Assembly (NCBI GenBank): GCA_021806885.1
Contig: JAKAPT010000002.1
Location: 1 to 52,602 of the forward strand
From: a bacterium
Lineage (GTDB): Bacteria; SZUA-79; Acidulodesulfobacterales; Acidulodesulfobacteraceae
Reading direction: 5' to 3'
Length of the DNA: 52,602 bases
The notes under the pieces are model-generated. The model did no database searches and had not been told where the DNA came from. It saw nothing but the letters and a program-made list of their open reading frames with translations. The translations under genes and the position numbers were made by a program. This document shows positions 31,502 to 40,641 of the stretch, in pieces (the stretch's first letter is position 1; every line of letters begins with the position of its first letter).

Positions 31502-31510
31502 TGATATAAT
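31502..31510 (+). promoter_or_regulatory. candidate extended -10 promoter (TGaTATAAT) for rubredoxin
   Basis: ttTGaTATAAT at 31502-31510, Shine-Dalgarno GGTGA at 31521-31525, ATG at 31533. Confidence 0.4.
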
Positions 31511-31532
31511 ATAAGTAGAAGGTGATTTAATC

Positions 31533-31742
31533 ATGAATGCTTTTGCGGAAAAAAATATAGCGGAAAAAGAACTCGAAAAAGAGCGGTACGTGTGCGAGGC
31601 GTGTCCGTATATCTATGACCCAGAGAAAGGAGACCCCGAGGGCGGAATTCCTCCGGGAACGCCGTTCGAGGATATACCGGACGATTGGCTTTGCCCGATT
31701 TGCAAGATGGACAAGAGCCATTTCGTGAAAATAAAAAAATAA
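31533..31742 (+). CDS. rubredoxin
   Basis: [15 protein letters not shown]...[10 protein letters not shown] gives the two CxxC pairs at canonical spacing. About 17 aa of N-terminal extension. Confidence 0.9.
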   Translation: MNAFAEKNIAEKELEKERYVCEACPYIYDPEKGDPEGGIPPGTPFEDIPDDWLCPICKMDKSHFVKIKK

Positions 31743-31781
31743 TTATTGACACCGGGGGAGGTAAATTATTATCATTGTTCA

Positions 31782-32456
31782 ATGCAAAAAATTGGACTTA
31801 AAGTTAAATATATTTCAACGCTTCTTGTCGTCTTCTCGGGAGTATTTTTTTTAACGGCGGGGCTTTTGCCGGTAAAAAATTCCCGCGCTTCTTACGACAG
31901 TTTCGTTAATACCGTGAACAGCCAGAGGCAGGTCGGGAATCCGAATGCCGATGTAGTTGTCGTCGTGTATTCTGATTTTCAATGCCCTTGGTGCAGGAAG
32001 CTGGAAATTCACGACCTCTCAAAAATCGTAAAGAATTACGCGGTTACGGGAAAAATATTAATTGAATACCGCGATTTCCCCCTCGTATATATTCATCCCT
32101 ACGCCTTTAAGGCGGCGGAATATGCCGACTGCTCCGCCCTTCAGGGGAAATATCTTCTTGTCAGAGGTCTTTTATATAACTACCAGGACGATTGGAACGT
32201 CATAGGGGATATTTATTACTTTTTAAAAACCAAGGCGGGAAATATTCTTAATATGCAAAAAGAGGAATCTTGCGTTAAAAGCGGCTATTCCAAAAGGCTT
32301 ATAGACAGCAACATTGCAAGGGGAAAGGACATTGGGGTAAAGGGAACCCCGATGCTCTTTATTTACAAGGGACTTATGCTTTACAAGACCCAAAAGGGCT
32401 ATTCCCCATATCCTGTAATAAAATCGCTTATCGACGGGGCGCTTTCGGGAAGTTAA
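31782..32456 (+). CDS. exported DsbA-family thiol:disulfide oxidoreductase
   Basis: Signal or anchor segment (ISTLLVVFSGVFFLTAGLL) and thioredoxin-fold active site FQCPWCRK. Start placed at ATG 31782 rather than the track's TTG 31746. Confidence 0.8.
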   Translation: MQKIGLKVKYISTLLVVFSGVFFLTAGLLPVKNSRASYDSFVNTVNSQRQVGNPNADVVVVVYSDFQCPWCRKLEIHDLSKIVKNYAVTGKILIEYRDFPLVYIHPYAFKAAEYADCSALQGKYLLVRGLLYNYQDDWNVIGDIYYFLKTKAGNILNMQKEESCVKSGYSKRLIDSNIARGKDIGVKGTPMLFIYKGLMLYKTQKGYSPYPVIKSLIDGALSGS

Positions 32457-32508
32457 TTCCGCTCAAAGTCTCATCTTGAGGCACGAACATTAGCGGCATC
32501 TTGAGGTA

Positions 32509-32526
32509 GCTCATATATTTATGAGC
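32509..32526. terminator. 7-bp perfect hairpin between convergent genes (weak terminator candidate, no U-tract)
   Basis: GCTCATA-tatt-TATGAGC lies between the dsbA-like stop (32456) and the thiD stop (32540). Confidence 0.3.
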
Positions 32527-32539
32527 AGCTAAAGATTAC

Positions 32540-33355
32540 TCATATATTTCCTATAATATGAATTTTTTTATCCCCGGAATTATCGGGTATCTTTCCTGAA
32601 TTCCTTATAAATTTTTTTACCATTTTATCGGCGGCCCTTACGGCCTCCCTTTCGCTTAGCCCCATGGCCAAAAACGATACGAGGGCTCCCGAGAAAGCGC
32701 AACCCGTCCCGTGAAGTTCCCGCTTAGTAATTATTCTTTTTCCATTAATCGAATAAATATGATTTTTTGAATCCAGCAAAATATTGAAAATCCTGTCCTT
32801 ATAAATTCCCCCTTCGAGGTGCGAACCCTTTATGACGATATTTCCGATGCCCGGGAATAGCCGCCTTATGGCGTAAGCCGCCGCCCTCATGCTTTCTTCG
32901 TCTTTTATCCCGATTCCCGAAATCAGCCCGGCTTCTTTGATATTAGGCGTGATAACGGTCGCGCGGGCGAAAAGCGGAAAGAGCAGCTCGGGATAGCTGT
33001 CTATGCCGCCCGTCAGCTTTTTATTGGAGGTGGAAATAAAGACCGGGTCAACGACTAAAATCCGCGCCTTGTATTTTTTTATCAACCTTGCCAGTATTTC
33101 AGCCTGCCTTGTTCCGGAAATTATGCCCGTCTTAACGGCGTCGATATTAAAATATTCAAAAACGGCTTTAAGCTCTTTTTCAAAAAATTTATCCGGAATC
33201 GGAAGGACCTCGTGAATGCTCTGCGGGTTTTGGGCGGTAAGCGCGCTCGTTGCGGAAAGACCGTAAATGCCGAGGCTCGAAAATATCTTCGAGTCCGAGG
33301 TTATTCCCGCCCCTCCGGAACCGTCATAGCCGGCTACCGATAAAATCTTAATCAT
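32540..33355 (-). CDS. thiD: hydroxymethylpyrimidine/phosphomethylpyrimidine kinase
   Basis: AGYDGSGGAGITSD, a ribokinase-like fold, and GTGCAFSGAL near the C-terminus. Confidence 0.9.
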   Translation of the reverse strand: MIKILSVAGYDGSGGAGITSDSKIFSSLGIYGLSATSALTAQNPQSIHEVLPIPDKFFEKELKAVFEYFNIDAVKTGIISGTRQAEILARLIKKYKARILVVDPVFISTSNKKLTGGIDSYPELLFPLFARATVITPNIKEAGLISGIGIKDEESMRAAAYAIRRLFPGIGNIVIKGSHLEGGIYKDRIFNILLDSKNHIYSINGKRIITKRELHGTGCAFSGALVSFLAMGLSEREAVRAADKMVKKFIRNSGKIPDNSGDKKIHIIGNI

Positions 33356-35135
33356 TTTTGGACGTCATTTTAAGTTTATATTCCCTTATATTCTTTAATA
33401 TTGCTAATGCTTCCCCCGCGGTCCTCGTATTTAAAATATCTTTTTTTGTCGCCCAGCCCTTTCTCGCGGCGTTAACCCCGTACTCCACGAAATCATAATG
33501 AACCGTTCTGTGGGCATCGGGGTTTATCGAAAGCAGGACTGATTTCGACGCGGCTTCCTTTATATGCCTCCAGTCTATATCAAGCCGTTTAGGATTGGCG
33601 TTCAGCTCAATTATCGTTTTATACTTCGAACAGGCCTCGATAATCTCCGGGACATTAACCTCATATCCATTCCTTTCGAGAAGAAGCCTTCCGGTAAGAT
33701 GGCCTATCATCGTAGTATACGGATTTTTAACGGCCTTGATTATTCTTTCGGTCATCTCCTTGCCGCTAATGCCGAATCCCGAATGCACCGACGCTATCAC
33801 GAAATCGAGCCCGGAAAGGGTTTTATCGTCATAATCAAGCCCCCCGTTCGCGAGTATATCGGATTCTATTCCCTTAAAAATTTTTATTTTTCCTTCATAT
33901 TTCCTATTGAGCCCGTCGATGAATTCAAGCTGGAGGGATAGATCATGCTTAGTGAGGCCCCCCGCATAACGGGCGGATTCGGAGTGATCGGAGACGCCGA
34001 TGTATTCATAGCCCTTTTTAACGGCGGCCTCTATCATATTCTCCAGGGTGTCCCTGCCGTCGGTGTAGGTGGAGTGGACATGGAAGACGCCTTTTATATC
34101 CTCTTCCCTCAAAAGCGCGGGGATTAGGTGTTTGACGGAGGCCTCTATCTCTCCCGTCCCCTCCCTGAGTTCCGGGGGAATTAGCTGCATCTTGAACACC
34201 CCGTAGAATTGGGTTTCGTTTTTTACTATTATTTTACGTCCCTCATCTTCTTTCTCCCCTTCATGTACACGGAATATCCCGTATTCATTTATCTTATAAC
34301 CTTCCCTTTTTACCATTGTCCTTAGTTCCTCGTTGTGGAGCCTGGAACCCGTAAAATGATGAAAAGCGTAAACAAAGTCTTCTTCGGGGACAATCCTTAT
34401 ATCGACGCGCAACCCGCTTTTTAAAACAAATGAAATCTTTGTTTCACCGGCGGACTCCACTCTTAAGACCATCTCGTAATTTTTTATTTTTTCCAGGAAC
34501 GCGTCCCTGCCGCCCCTCTTGAGGACCGCCACAAAATCAACATCCCCGACCGTTTCCATTTTTCTTCTCAGGGAACCGGCTATCTCGAGTTTTAAAATAA
34601 GGTCTTTAACGCTGTTTAGGAGGAACGCCCGGAGGGAAAGGGCCTCCTTCACGGCTTCCACGTATAGGAATCTTTCGCTGAATCCCTTAAATTCCTCTAT
34701 GGATTTTTTAAGGTTTTCTATAGTCTTCTCCCCGAAACCGTGTATTTCCGATAATTTTTTGCCTTCTATGGCCCGCTCCAGGCCGTCTATGCTTTTAATA
34801 TGGAAATCCCTGTAAAGCATGTTGGCTTTTTTGGGTCCCATACCCCTCAGTTTAAGCAGCTCAAGAAGCCCCCCCGGAATCGATTTTACAAGGTCGTCAT
34901 AATAGGCAAGGCGCCCCGTGTCGAGGATTTCTTTTATCTTCAACGCAAGGTCTTTTCCTATTCCCGGAATATCTTCAAGCCCGTTTTTCCCGGCAAGGTC
35001 TTCAAGGCTTTCGCCAAGCTGGCTTATAGCCCTTGAAGCATTGTTGTATGCCTTTATCTTAAAGACATTTTCGCCTTTTATCTCGAGCATTTCCGCAATT
35101 TTTTCGAAAATGTCGGCCACTTCGCCGTTGGTCAT
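33348..35135 (-). CDS. polX: family X DNA polymerase with C-terminal PHP domain
   Basis: N-terminal HhH (FKIKAYNNASRAI, GIGKDLA), the GSLRR...GDVD catalytic core, and PHP histidines (HVHSTYTDG). Confidence 0.9.
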   Translation of the reverse strand: MTNGEVADIFEKIAEMLEIKGENVFKIKAYNNASRAISQLGESLEDLAGKNGLEDIPGIGKDLALKIKEILDTGRLAYYDDLVKSIPGGLLELLKLRGMGPKKANMLYRDFHIKSIDGLERAIEGKKLSEIHGFGEKTIENLKKSIEEFKGFSERFLYVEAVKEALSLRAFLLNSVKDLILKLEIAGSLRRKMETVGDVDFVAVLKRGGRDAFLEKIKNYEMVLRVESAGETKISFVLKSGLRVDIRIVPEEDFVYAFHHFTGSRLHNEELRTMVKREGYKINEYGIFRVHEGEKEDEGRKIIVKNETQFYGVFKMQLIPPELREGTGEIEASVKHLIPALLREEDIKGVFHVHSTYTDGRDTLENMIEAAVKKGYEYIGVSDHSESARYAGGLTKHDLSLQLEFIDGLNRKYEGKIKIFKGIESDILANGGLDYDDKTLSGLDFVIASVHSGFGISGKEMTERIIKAVKNPYTTMIGHLTGRLLLERNGYEVNVPEIIEACSKYKTIIELNANPKRLDIDWRHIKEAASKSVLLSINPDAHRTVHYDFVEYGVNAARKGWATKKDILNTRTAGEALAILKNIREYKLKMTSKND

Positions 35136-35219
35136 GAAGGTCTAAAATATATTGAATATTATGGATTTATATTATATAATTTGGGCTATTATAATAATAA
35201 CATAATAATACGTCGAAAA

Positions 35220-35540
35220 ATGGGTCTATTATATTATTTCACGCAATTTATATTCACCGCCCTCCACTGGATTTTATACGCCTATATGTGGATTATTATC
35301 GTTAAGGCCCTTCTTTCGTGGGTAAATCCCGACCCGTACAACCCGATAATAAGGTTTATAAACGACGTTACGGAGCCTTTCCTTCGCAAATTACGGGTAA
35401 TATTGCCGCTCGGCGGAGGACTCGCCTTCGACTTCTCGCCCATTATAGCCATAGTTATAATTTTATTGGCAATGTATATTTTAACCTTCATAGATTATTC
35501 CTACATCGTTCCTCTTTTCCTTCCGCGCGGATATTTTTAA
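35220..35540 (+). CDS. yggT: YggT-family membrane protein
   Basis: LLSWVNPDPYNPIIRFINDVTEPFLRKLR...FDFSPI. Start placed at ATG 35220. Confidence 0.8.
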   Translation: MGLLYYFTQFIFTALHWILYAYMWIIIVKALLSWVNPDPYNPIIRFINDVTEPFLRKLRVILPLGGGLAFDFSPIIAIVIILLAMYILTFIDYSYIVPLFLPRGYF

Positions 35541-35567
35541 CAGTTTTTTTACCGGCGGGAATATTTA

Positions 35568-35576
35568 TGGTATAAT
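35568..35576 (+). promoter_or_regulatory. candidate extended -10 promoter (TGgTATAAT), 8 nt before the radical SAM ATG (leaderless candidate)
   Basis: TGGTATAAT at 35568-35576, then gttgaatt, then ATG at 35585. No Shine-Dalgarno. Confidence 0.4.
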
Positions 35577-35584
35577 GTTGAATT

Positions 35585-37003
35585 ATGAATATTCTTCTAA
35601 TACAGCCTGACAATAAAAGCACGATAGGACTGAACAATGTTTCTTTAATCGAGCCTACCGGGCTTGAAGCAGTCGGAGGCGCTCTTATAAACGACGGCCA
35701 CCGCGTAAACATCGTCGATTTGAGGGCGGTAAAGAATCCCGACAGGTATTTAGACGACGCTGTTCATTCCCTTAAGCCCGATATATGCGGCTTTTCCTGT
35801 TCGTTCACGCCGGACGTTTACAGGACGATAGAGCTCGCGAAGAGAATAAAAAACGACTACGGAACGGCGTTCGTTTTCGTGGGCGGCCATCACGTTTCCG
35901 TTTACCCGCTGGATTTTAACGTCAGGGAAATAGACGCTATCGTGGTGGGCGAGGGGGAGCAAACGGCCGTCGAGCTCATCAGGGCTTTTTCCTCTAAAAC
36001 GCCTTTATCAATGGTAAAAGGATTAATTTACAATGAAGGCGGCAGGCAGGTAAAAACTCTCCAGAGGGAACTGATAAAAGACATAAACGGACTTCCTAAT
36101 TTTGCAAGGAATTTAACGAGGGAATACAGAAAACAATATTACCTGGGAATAAGAACCTCGCTCGCGTGCATTGAAACCGCGAGGGGGTGCCCTTTTAAAT
36201 GCGACTTTTGCAGCGTGTGGGAATTTTACCATGGAAAGTACAGGTCCAAATCGCCCGAGCGGGTTATCTCCGAGCTTAAGGAGATTAAAGAGGACTATGT
36301 ACTGGTCTCGGACGATAATTTTTTCAGCGACGTCAAGAGGGCAAAGAAAATAGGTGAACTCATAAAAAAGGAAAACATCCGCAAGCTTTACACTATACAG
36401 GCAAGAAGCGACACCATAGTAAAACACCCCGAGCTTATATCCCAGTGGAAGGAACTCGGCCTTTCCAACATATTTATCGGTTTTGAAAGCATTGACGACG
36501 ACAGGCTTGCCGACATCAACAAGAACAATTCCTCCTCCAACAACGAAAAGGCCTTCTATATTGCCCAGAAAAACGATGTGGGGGTTACCGCGTCGTTTAT
36601 CGTCTCCCCGGATTTTACAAAGCTTGATTTTAAGAAGCTCGTGGACTTCGTGAAAAGACTCAAGATACCGGTTCCAGCCTTTTCCGTCCTTACGCCCCTT
36701 CCGGGAACAAAGCTTTTCGAGGAAGTGAAAGAAAAACTCACTACGTTTAATTACCATTATTACGACCTGTTTCATCCCGTCCTTGAAACTTACCTTTCGA
36801 AGACGGAATTTTTTAAAGAGTTTTCGAACCTCTATAAATCTTCCTATAAATCTTTGAACCTCAGGGCGCAGGATGTGTTGTTCGTCATTAAATATCTCCT
36901 CAGCGGAAAAATGCCCCTTACCCATATGCGCAGGCTGAAAAAAGCCATGAGAAGGATTTCCACCCCCTCCACTTACGTTACGCCTCCGGTTCTTGAAAAT
37001 TAA
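35585..37003 (+). CDS. B12-binding-domain radical SAM enzyme (class B, substrate unknown)
   Basis: The N-terminal Rossmann-like domain (MNILLIQP...VGGHH) matches the B12-binding domain layout. The radical SAM core is ETARGCPFKCDFCSV (CX3CX2C). Confidence 0.85.
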   Translation: MNILLIQPDNKSTIGLNNVSLIEPTGLEAVGGALINDGHRVNIVDLRAVKNPDRYLDDAVHSLKPDICGFSCSFTPDVYRTIELAKRIKNDYGTAFVFVGGHHVSVYPLDFNVREIDAIVVGEGEQTAVELIRAFSSKTPLSMVKGLIYNEGGRQVKTLQRELIKDINGLPNFARNLTREYRKQYYLGIRTSLACIETARGCPFKCDFCSVWEFYHGKYRSKSPERVISELKEIKEDYVLVSDDNFFSDVKRAKKIGELIKKENIRKLYTIQARSDTIVKHPELISQWKELGLSNIFIGFESIDDDRLADINKNNSSSNNEKAFYIAQKNDVGVTASFIVSPDFTKLDFKKLVDFVKRLKIPVPAFSVLTPLPGTKLFEEVKEKLTTFNYHYYDLFHPVLETYLSKTEFFKEFSNLYKSSYKSLNLRAQDVLFVIKYLLSGKMPLTHMRRLKKAMRRISTPSTYVTPPVLEN

Positions 37004-37011
37004 AAATATTA

Positions 37012-37040
37012 TTGCAAAATTATTTTTCAAATATTATAAT
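37012..37040 (+). promoter_or_regulatory. sigma70-type promoter upstream of rpsF
   Basis: TTGCAA (37012-37017), a 17-nt spacer, TATAAT (37035-37040). Confidence 0.5.
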
Positions 37041-37118
37041 ATTATACTTAAATTTTATTCGTATGCGTTTCGCGCGGATTAAATATCCAGATTAATTATC
37101 TAAAGGAGGATAAAGAAG

Positions 37119-37487
37119 TTGAAAAAAAAGGATGCTTTCAAGGGCGTTAAGCATGAAATTCCCAGGGAATACGAAACCGTCGTGATTCTTAACCCTGAAA
37201 TCGAAGAGGCTCAATTAAACCAGTTCATGGATAAAATAAAAGATATAATGTTAAAAAATAAAGCAGAATTTATAAATTTTTCAGACTGGGGCACCAGAAA
37301 GTTGTCCTTTAAGATTAAAAACTCGAGCAGGGGAAAATACCTTGTTATTCGTTTTTCCTCAAACGGCTCTTTTATACAGGAGCTGGAGAGGAACCTTAAA
37401 ATAATGGATGACTGCCTGCGATTCCAGACTGTAGTGTCCGCAAAAAATACTGAGGTAGTCAAGGAGGAAGCAGCCAATGTTCAATAA
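37119..37487 (+). CDS. rpsF: 30S ribosomal protein S6
   Basis: [20 protein letters not shown]. Shine-Dalgarno aaggagg lies upstream of a TTG start. Confidence 0.9.
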   Translation: MKKKDAFKGVKHEIPREYETVVILNPEIEEAQLNQFMDKIKDIMLKNKAEFINFSDWGTRKLSFKIKNSSRGKYLVIRFSSNGSFIQELERNLKIMDDCLRFQTVVSAKNTEVVKEEAANVQ

Positions 37488-37776
37488 GCCTATGACCGGA
37501 AAAAAGACCGCTTCCAGGCCTGCCGGAAAACCGGCGGGAACCGGTTTCGTTCGAAGGCCCTTCATAAAGAAAAAAGTATGCAGGTTCTGTGCCGATAAAA
37601 ATCTTAAAATAGATTATAAGGACTCAAAGCTTCTAAGGAATTACATTACGGAAAGGGGCAAAATAATACCAAGAAGGGTCACGGGTAATTGCGCCTATCA
37701 CCAGAGAAGGGTCGCCAGAGCGATAAAATTATCACGGATTATCTCGATAATGCCCTTCCAATCCGTTAATGTCTAA
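37477..37776 (+). CDS. rpsR: 30S ribosomal protein S18
   Basis: [39 protein letters not shown]. Confidence 0.92.
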   Translation: MFNKPMTGKKTASRPAGKPAGTGFVRRPFIKKKVCRFCADKNLKIDYKDSKLLRNYITERGKIIPRRVTGNCAYHQRRVARAIKLSRIISIMPFQSVNV

Positions 37777-38749
37777 GATCAGGAAATTTTTCTTCGGCCT
37801 GCTTCTTTCCTTGCTGCTTGTATTGTTCCTCACAAACAGCTTTTTTACAGGGGCTTTCGCGCTTGCAAACCCTCTTTTATACCTTTTTTTAAGCTTCATC
37901 GTAATTTTTCTCTTCGTGCTATACGGGGCAGGCTCGGCGGTACCGGTGTTTCTTGCCGCGCTCCTTTCCGTTTACGTTTCGCATTATGACAATGGCGCGG
38001 TTTACCCTGTTTCCTTTATCCAGCTTATAATTTTCGTATTGATACCCTGGCTTTTTTCATACCTGATGAGCAGGGGGATTTCCATTCAGAGGTCCCTATT
38101 CTATCCCCCCGTCCTGATATTCATATTCCTGTCTGCGGGAATTTTTCTCTACCTTTTCTCCTCGAGGGCCGACATCGTTCCCCAGATTAACTCTTATGCC
38201 TCCGCCCTCGCGGCGCAGACGCAGGCGCTCTATGGAAAAATAGGCTTAAAATCCCTTGCCTCTCCGGGAATGAACGTCGAAATAAAAAGCCTTTTCGCGG
38301 ACATGCTCCTCCTTCTTCCGGGTATAGCGCTCTCCCTTTCATGGATTGGCCTCTGGGTAGGATTTCTAATGGTAAAAGCGGTCTTCAAAAACATCGAAAC
38401 CGCTCCTTCGTATATTAAAAACTACATTAGCGGGGCTTTATTCAGGGTTTCGGATTATTTCATAGTCCTTTTGCTCGCGGGAATTATAACCGTCCTTTTA
38501 AGTCCTGAGGTTTACAAGTTTATAGGGTATAACATCATATTCGCGGTCTCTTCCGTATACATGGTACAGGGCCTGTCGATAATTTCATATTTTTTTATTA
38601 AAAATAATTTAAATTTTTTTTTAAGAGTGTTAATATATATTTTAATATTTTTATTCTCCAACCCCCTGCTCGTCATCGTAATTTTTGCCGGCATTTTCGA
38701 CACGTGGTTTAACTTCAGGGAAAGGGCGAGTAAAATCAAAAAAGAATAA
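37769..38749 (+). CDS. polytopic membrane protein, DUF2232/YybS-like by position and topology
   Basis: About nine predicted TM segments. It sits between rpsR and rplI, where Firmicutes carry yybS. I could not verify family assignment by motif. Confidence 0.6.
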   Translation: MSKIRKFFFGLLLSLLLVLFLTNSFFTGAFALANPLLYLFLSFIVIFLFVLYGAGSAVPVFLAALLSVYVSHYDNGAVYPVSFIQLIIFVLIPWLFSYLMSRGISIQRSLFYPPVLIFIFLSAGIFLYLFSSRADIVPQINSYASALAAQTQALYGKIGLKSLASPGMNVEIKSLFADMLLLLPGIALSLSWIGLWVGFLMVKAVFKNIETAPSYIKNYISGALFRVSDYFIVLLLAGIITVLLSPEVYKFIGYNIIFAVSSVYMVQGLSIISYFFIKNNLNFFLRVLIYILIFLFSNPLLVIVIFAGIFDTWFNFRERASKIKKE

Positions 38750-38767
38750 AGGAGGAACGAAGCTTCA

Positions 38768-39226
38768 ATGAAGGTAATACTTACTGAAAATGTGGAAGAA
38801 CTTGGCGTAATGGGTGATTTGATAAATGTTTCGGAGGGATATGGCCGCAACTTCCTTCTGCCGAGGGGACTCGCTATTCTTGCCTCCAAGGCCAACATCA
38901 AGACTGTAGAGCATGAAAAGAGGATTATAGCGAAAAGAAAGGAAAAGATAGCGGGCCAGGTGAATGAAATTAAAGGCCGGATTGAAAAAACGGAAATTAC
39001 CGTTTCCGCCAGGGTCGGAGAAAACGACAGGATTTTCGGCTCCGTAACGAAGGCGGACATCTGGGATAAGCTTAAAGAAGCAGGGTTTGACATAGACAGG
39101 AAGGCCATCCTTCTGGACAACCCGATAAAGGACCTAGGCGTTCAGACGGTAAAGATAAAACTCCATCCGGAAATTATTGCCATAGCAAGGGTAAACGTGG
39201 TTCCGGAGCGTCCATCCTCCGAATAA
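38768..39226 (+). CDS. rplI: 50S ribosomal protein L9
   Basis: MKVILTENVEELGVMGDLINVSEGYGRNFLLP. Confidence 0.92.
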   Translation: MKVILTENVEELGVMGDLINVSEGYGRNFLLPRGLAILASKANIKTVEHEKRIIAKRKEKIAGQVNEIKGRIEKTEITVSARVGENDRIFGSVTKADIWDKLKEAGFDIDRKAILLDNPIKDLGVQTVKIKLHPEIIAIARVNVVPERPSSE

Positions 39227-39258
39227 CTTATACGCGACTTTATGGATGAAATTATATT

Positions 39259-40641
39259 ATGGATTCGACTCGTCATCTAAAAAACCCGGCAAATCAGAAC
39301 GGAGCGGGAGCGTCCAGCCCCGCTTATGTTCCTCCGCATTCTATCGAGGCCGAAAATGCCCTTATCTCCGCTATCCTCATAGACAACTCGCAGGCCGATT
39401 CCGTTCTTGGAACGCTCAGGAGCGATGATTTTTATGATACGAGAAATGCCGGCATCTATGAAGCAATCATCAAATTAAGCGAAAAAAGCGAGCCCATAGA
39501 CGTTATAACTATTGCCAACAACCTTAAGAACTCCACGCTCTTCACGGGCCTGGAAGATTATCTTGCCTCCCTTTTTGAATCCCCGGCGGGACTTTTCAAT
39601 ATCGAACAATACGCAAAAATAATCAAGGAAAAATCGATGCTGAGGGCCCTTATCGACGCCTCGAACAAGGTCAGGCAGAAATGCTACGGCCAGTCCGAAA
39701 GCCTTGAGGATATAATAGATTTTACCGAAAAAACAGTGTTCGACGTTACGGAGAGGCATTCCGAAAAAAACTACGTAGAGATTTATCCATTAATCGTAAA
39801 ATATTTTAAGACCCTTACCTCCAGGAAACACGACGACGCCGATATAACCGGAATTAGAAGCGGGTTTAAATACCTCGACGAGTACACTAACGGCTTTCAG
39901 CCCTCTGACCTGATAATAATAGCCGGAAGACCGTCCATGGGAAAAACGGCCCTCGCGTTAAGCGTCGCGAAAAACATAGCCGCGCTGAAGACCCCCGTCG
40001 CTTTTTTTTCCCTGGAAATGTCTAAAGAGCAGCTCGCGACAAGACTTCTTGCCATGACGGCGCGCATAGATTCAGCCCTTTTAAGAAGGGGAAAAATCCA
40101 TAATCCCGATATAGAAAACATACATAATGCCTTAAGCATACTTCAGGATATTCCCATTTATATCGACGACAGCGCCGGGATAACGGTCACCGAGCTCAGG
40201 GCTAAAACAAGGCGCCTTAAACGCGAAAAGGGAATACAGATGGTAATAATAGACTATCTTCAGCTTATGAAGGCATCCCCGTATATCGAGTCAAGGGAAC
40301 AGGCCATAGCCGACATTTCCCGTTCCCTTAAAAGCCTCGCGAAGGAATTAAACGTCCCGGTTATCGCCCTTTCCCAGCTTAACAGGATGGTGGAATCGAG
40401 AACGGAAAAAAAGCCCCAGCTTGCGGACCTGAGGGAATCGGGAGCTATCGAACAGGATGCCGACGTCATCATCTTTGTTTACAGGGAGGAGGTATACAAG
40501 AAGGACACGGAAAACCAGGGGGTTGCGGAGATCATAATCGGAAAGCAGAGGAACGGCCCCACAGGAATTGTAAAACTCTCTTTTATCAGCAAGCATACCT
40601 CATTCGAAAACATGGCGTATGAAGACGAAGGTTACGCGTAG
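39259..40641 (+). CDS. dnaB: replicative DNA helicase DnaB
   Basis: PPHSIEAENALISAIL, Walker A GRPSMGKTA, IIDYLQLM, SQLNR, and an arginine-finger region. No intein. Confidence 0.95.
   Translation: MDSTRHLKNPANQNGAGASSPAYVPPHSIEAENALISAILIDNSQADSVLGTLRSDDFYDTRNAGIYEAIIKLSEKSEPIDVITIANNLKNSTLFTGLEDYLASLFESPAGLFNIEQYAKIIKEKSMLRALIDASNKVRQKCYGQSESLEDIIDFTEKTVFDVTERHSEKNYVEIYPLIVKYFKTLTSRKHDDADITGIRSGFKYLDEYTNGFQPSDLIIIAGRPSMGKTALALSVAKNIAALKTPVAFFSLEMSKEQLATRLLAMTARIDSALLRRGKIHNPDIENIHNALSILQDIPIYIDDSAGITVTELRAKTRRLKREKGIQMVIIDYLQLMKASPYIESREQAIADISRSLKSLAKELNVPVIALSQLNRMVESRTEKKPQLADLRESGAIEQDADVIIFVYREEVYKKDTENQGVAEIIIGKQRNGPTGIVKLSFISKHTSFENMAYEDEGYA

Noticed and set aside
32472-32506. CATCTTGAGG repeated twice (32472-32481 and 32497-32506) between the dsbA-like gene and thiD
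   Set aside because: It is a 10-mer pair in a convergent-terminator spacer with no associated promoter or ORF. It may be part of weak terminator structures, and the evidence is insufficient for a call.
36113-37030. 305-aa ORF on the minus strand, entirely antisense to the B12-radical SAM gene
   Set aside because: The sense-strand protein has clear conserved motifs over its full length. The antisense product is low-complexity, has no motif I recognise, and has no Shine-Dalgarno or promoter. It is most simply a codon-bias shadow ORF.
37041-37118. Possible S6:S18-binding leader RNA upstream of rpsF
   Set aside because: I could not recognise a convincing conserved hairpin mimic by eye. It would need an Rfam scan.
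38512-39120. 202-aa minus-strand ORF spanning the end of the membrane-protein gene and rplI
   Set aside because: It is antisense to L9, whose identity is certain, and it crosses an intergenic Shine-Dalgarno region. It is a shadow ORF. The same reasoning applies to 44952-45521, 41251-41853, 11999-12553, 13896-14456, 19665-20180 and 43062-43478.
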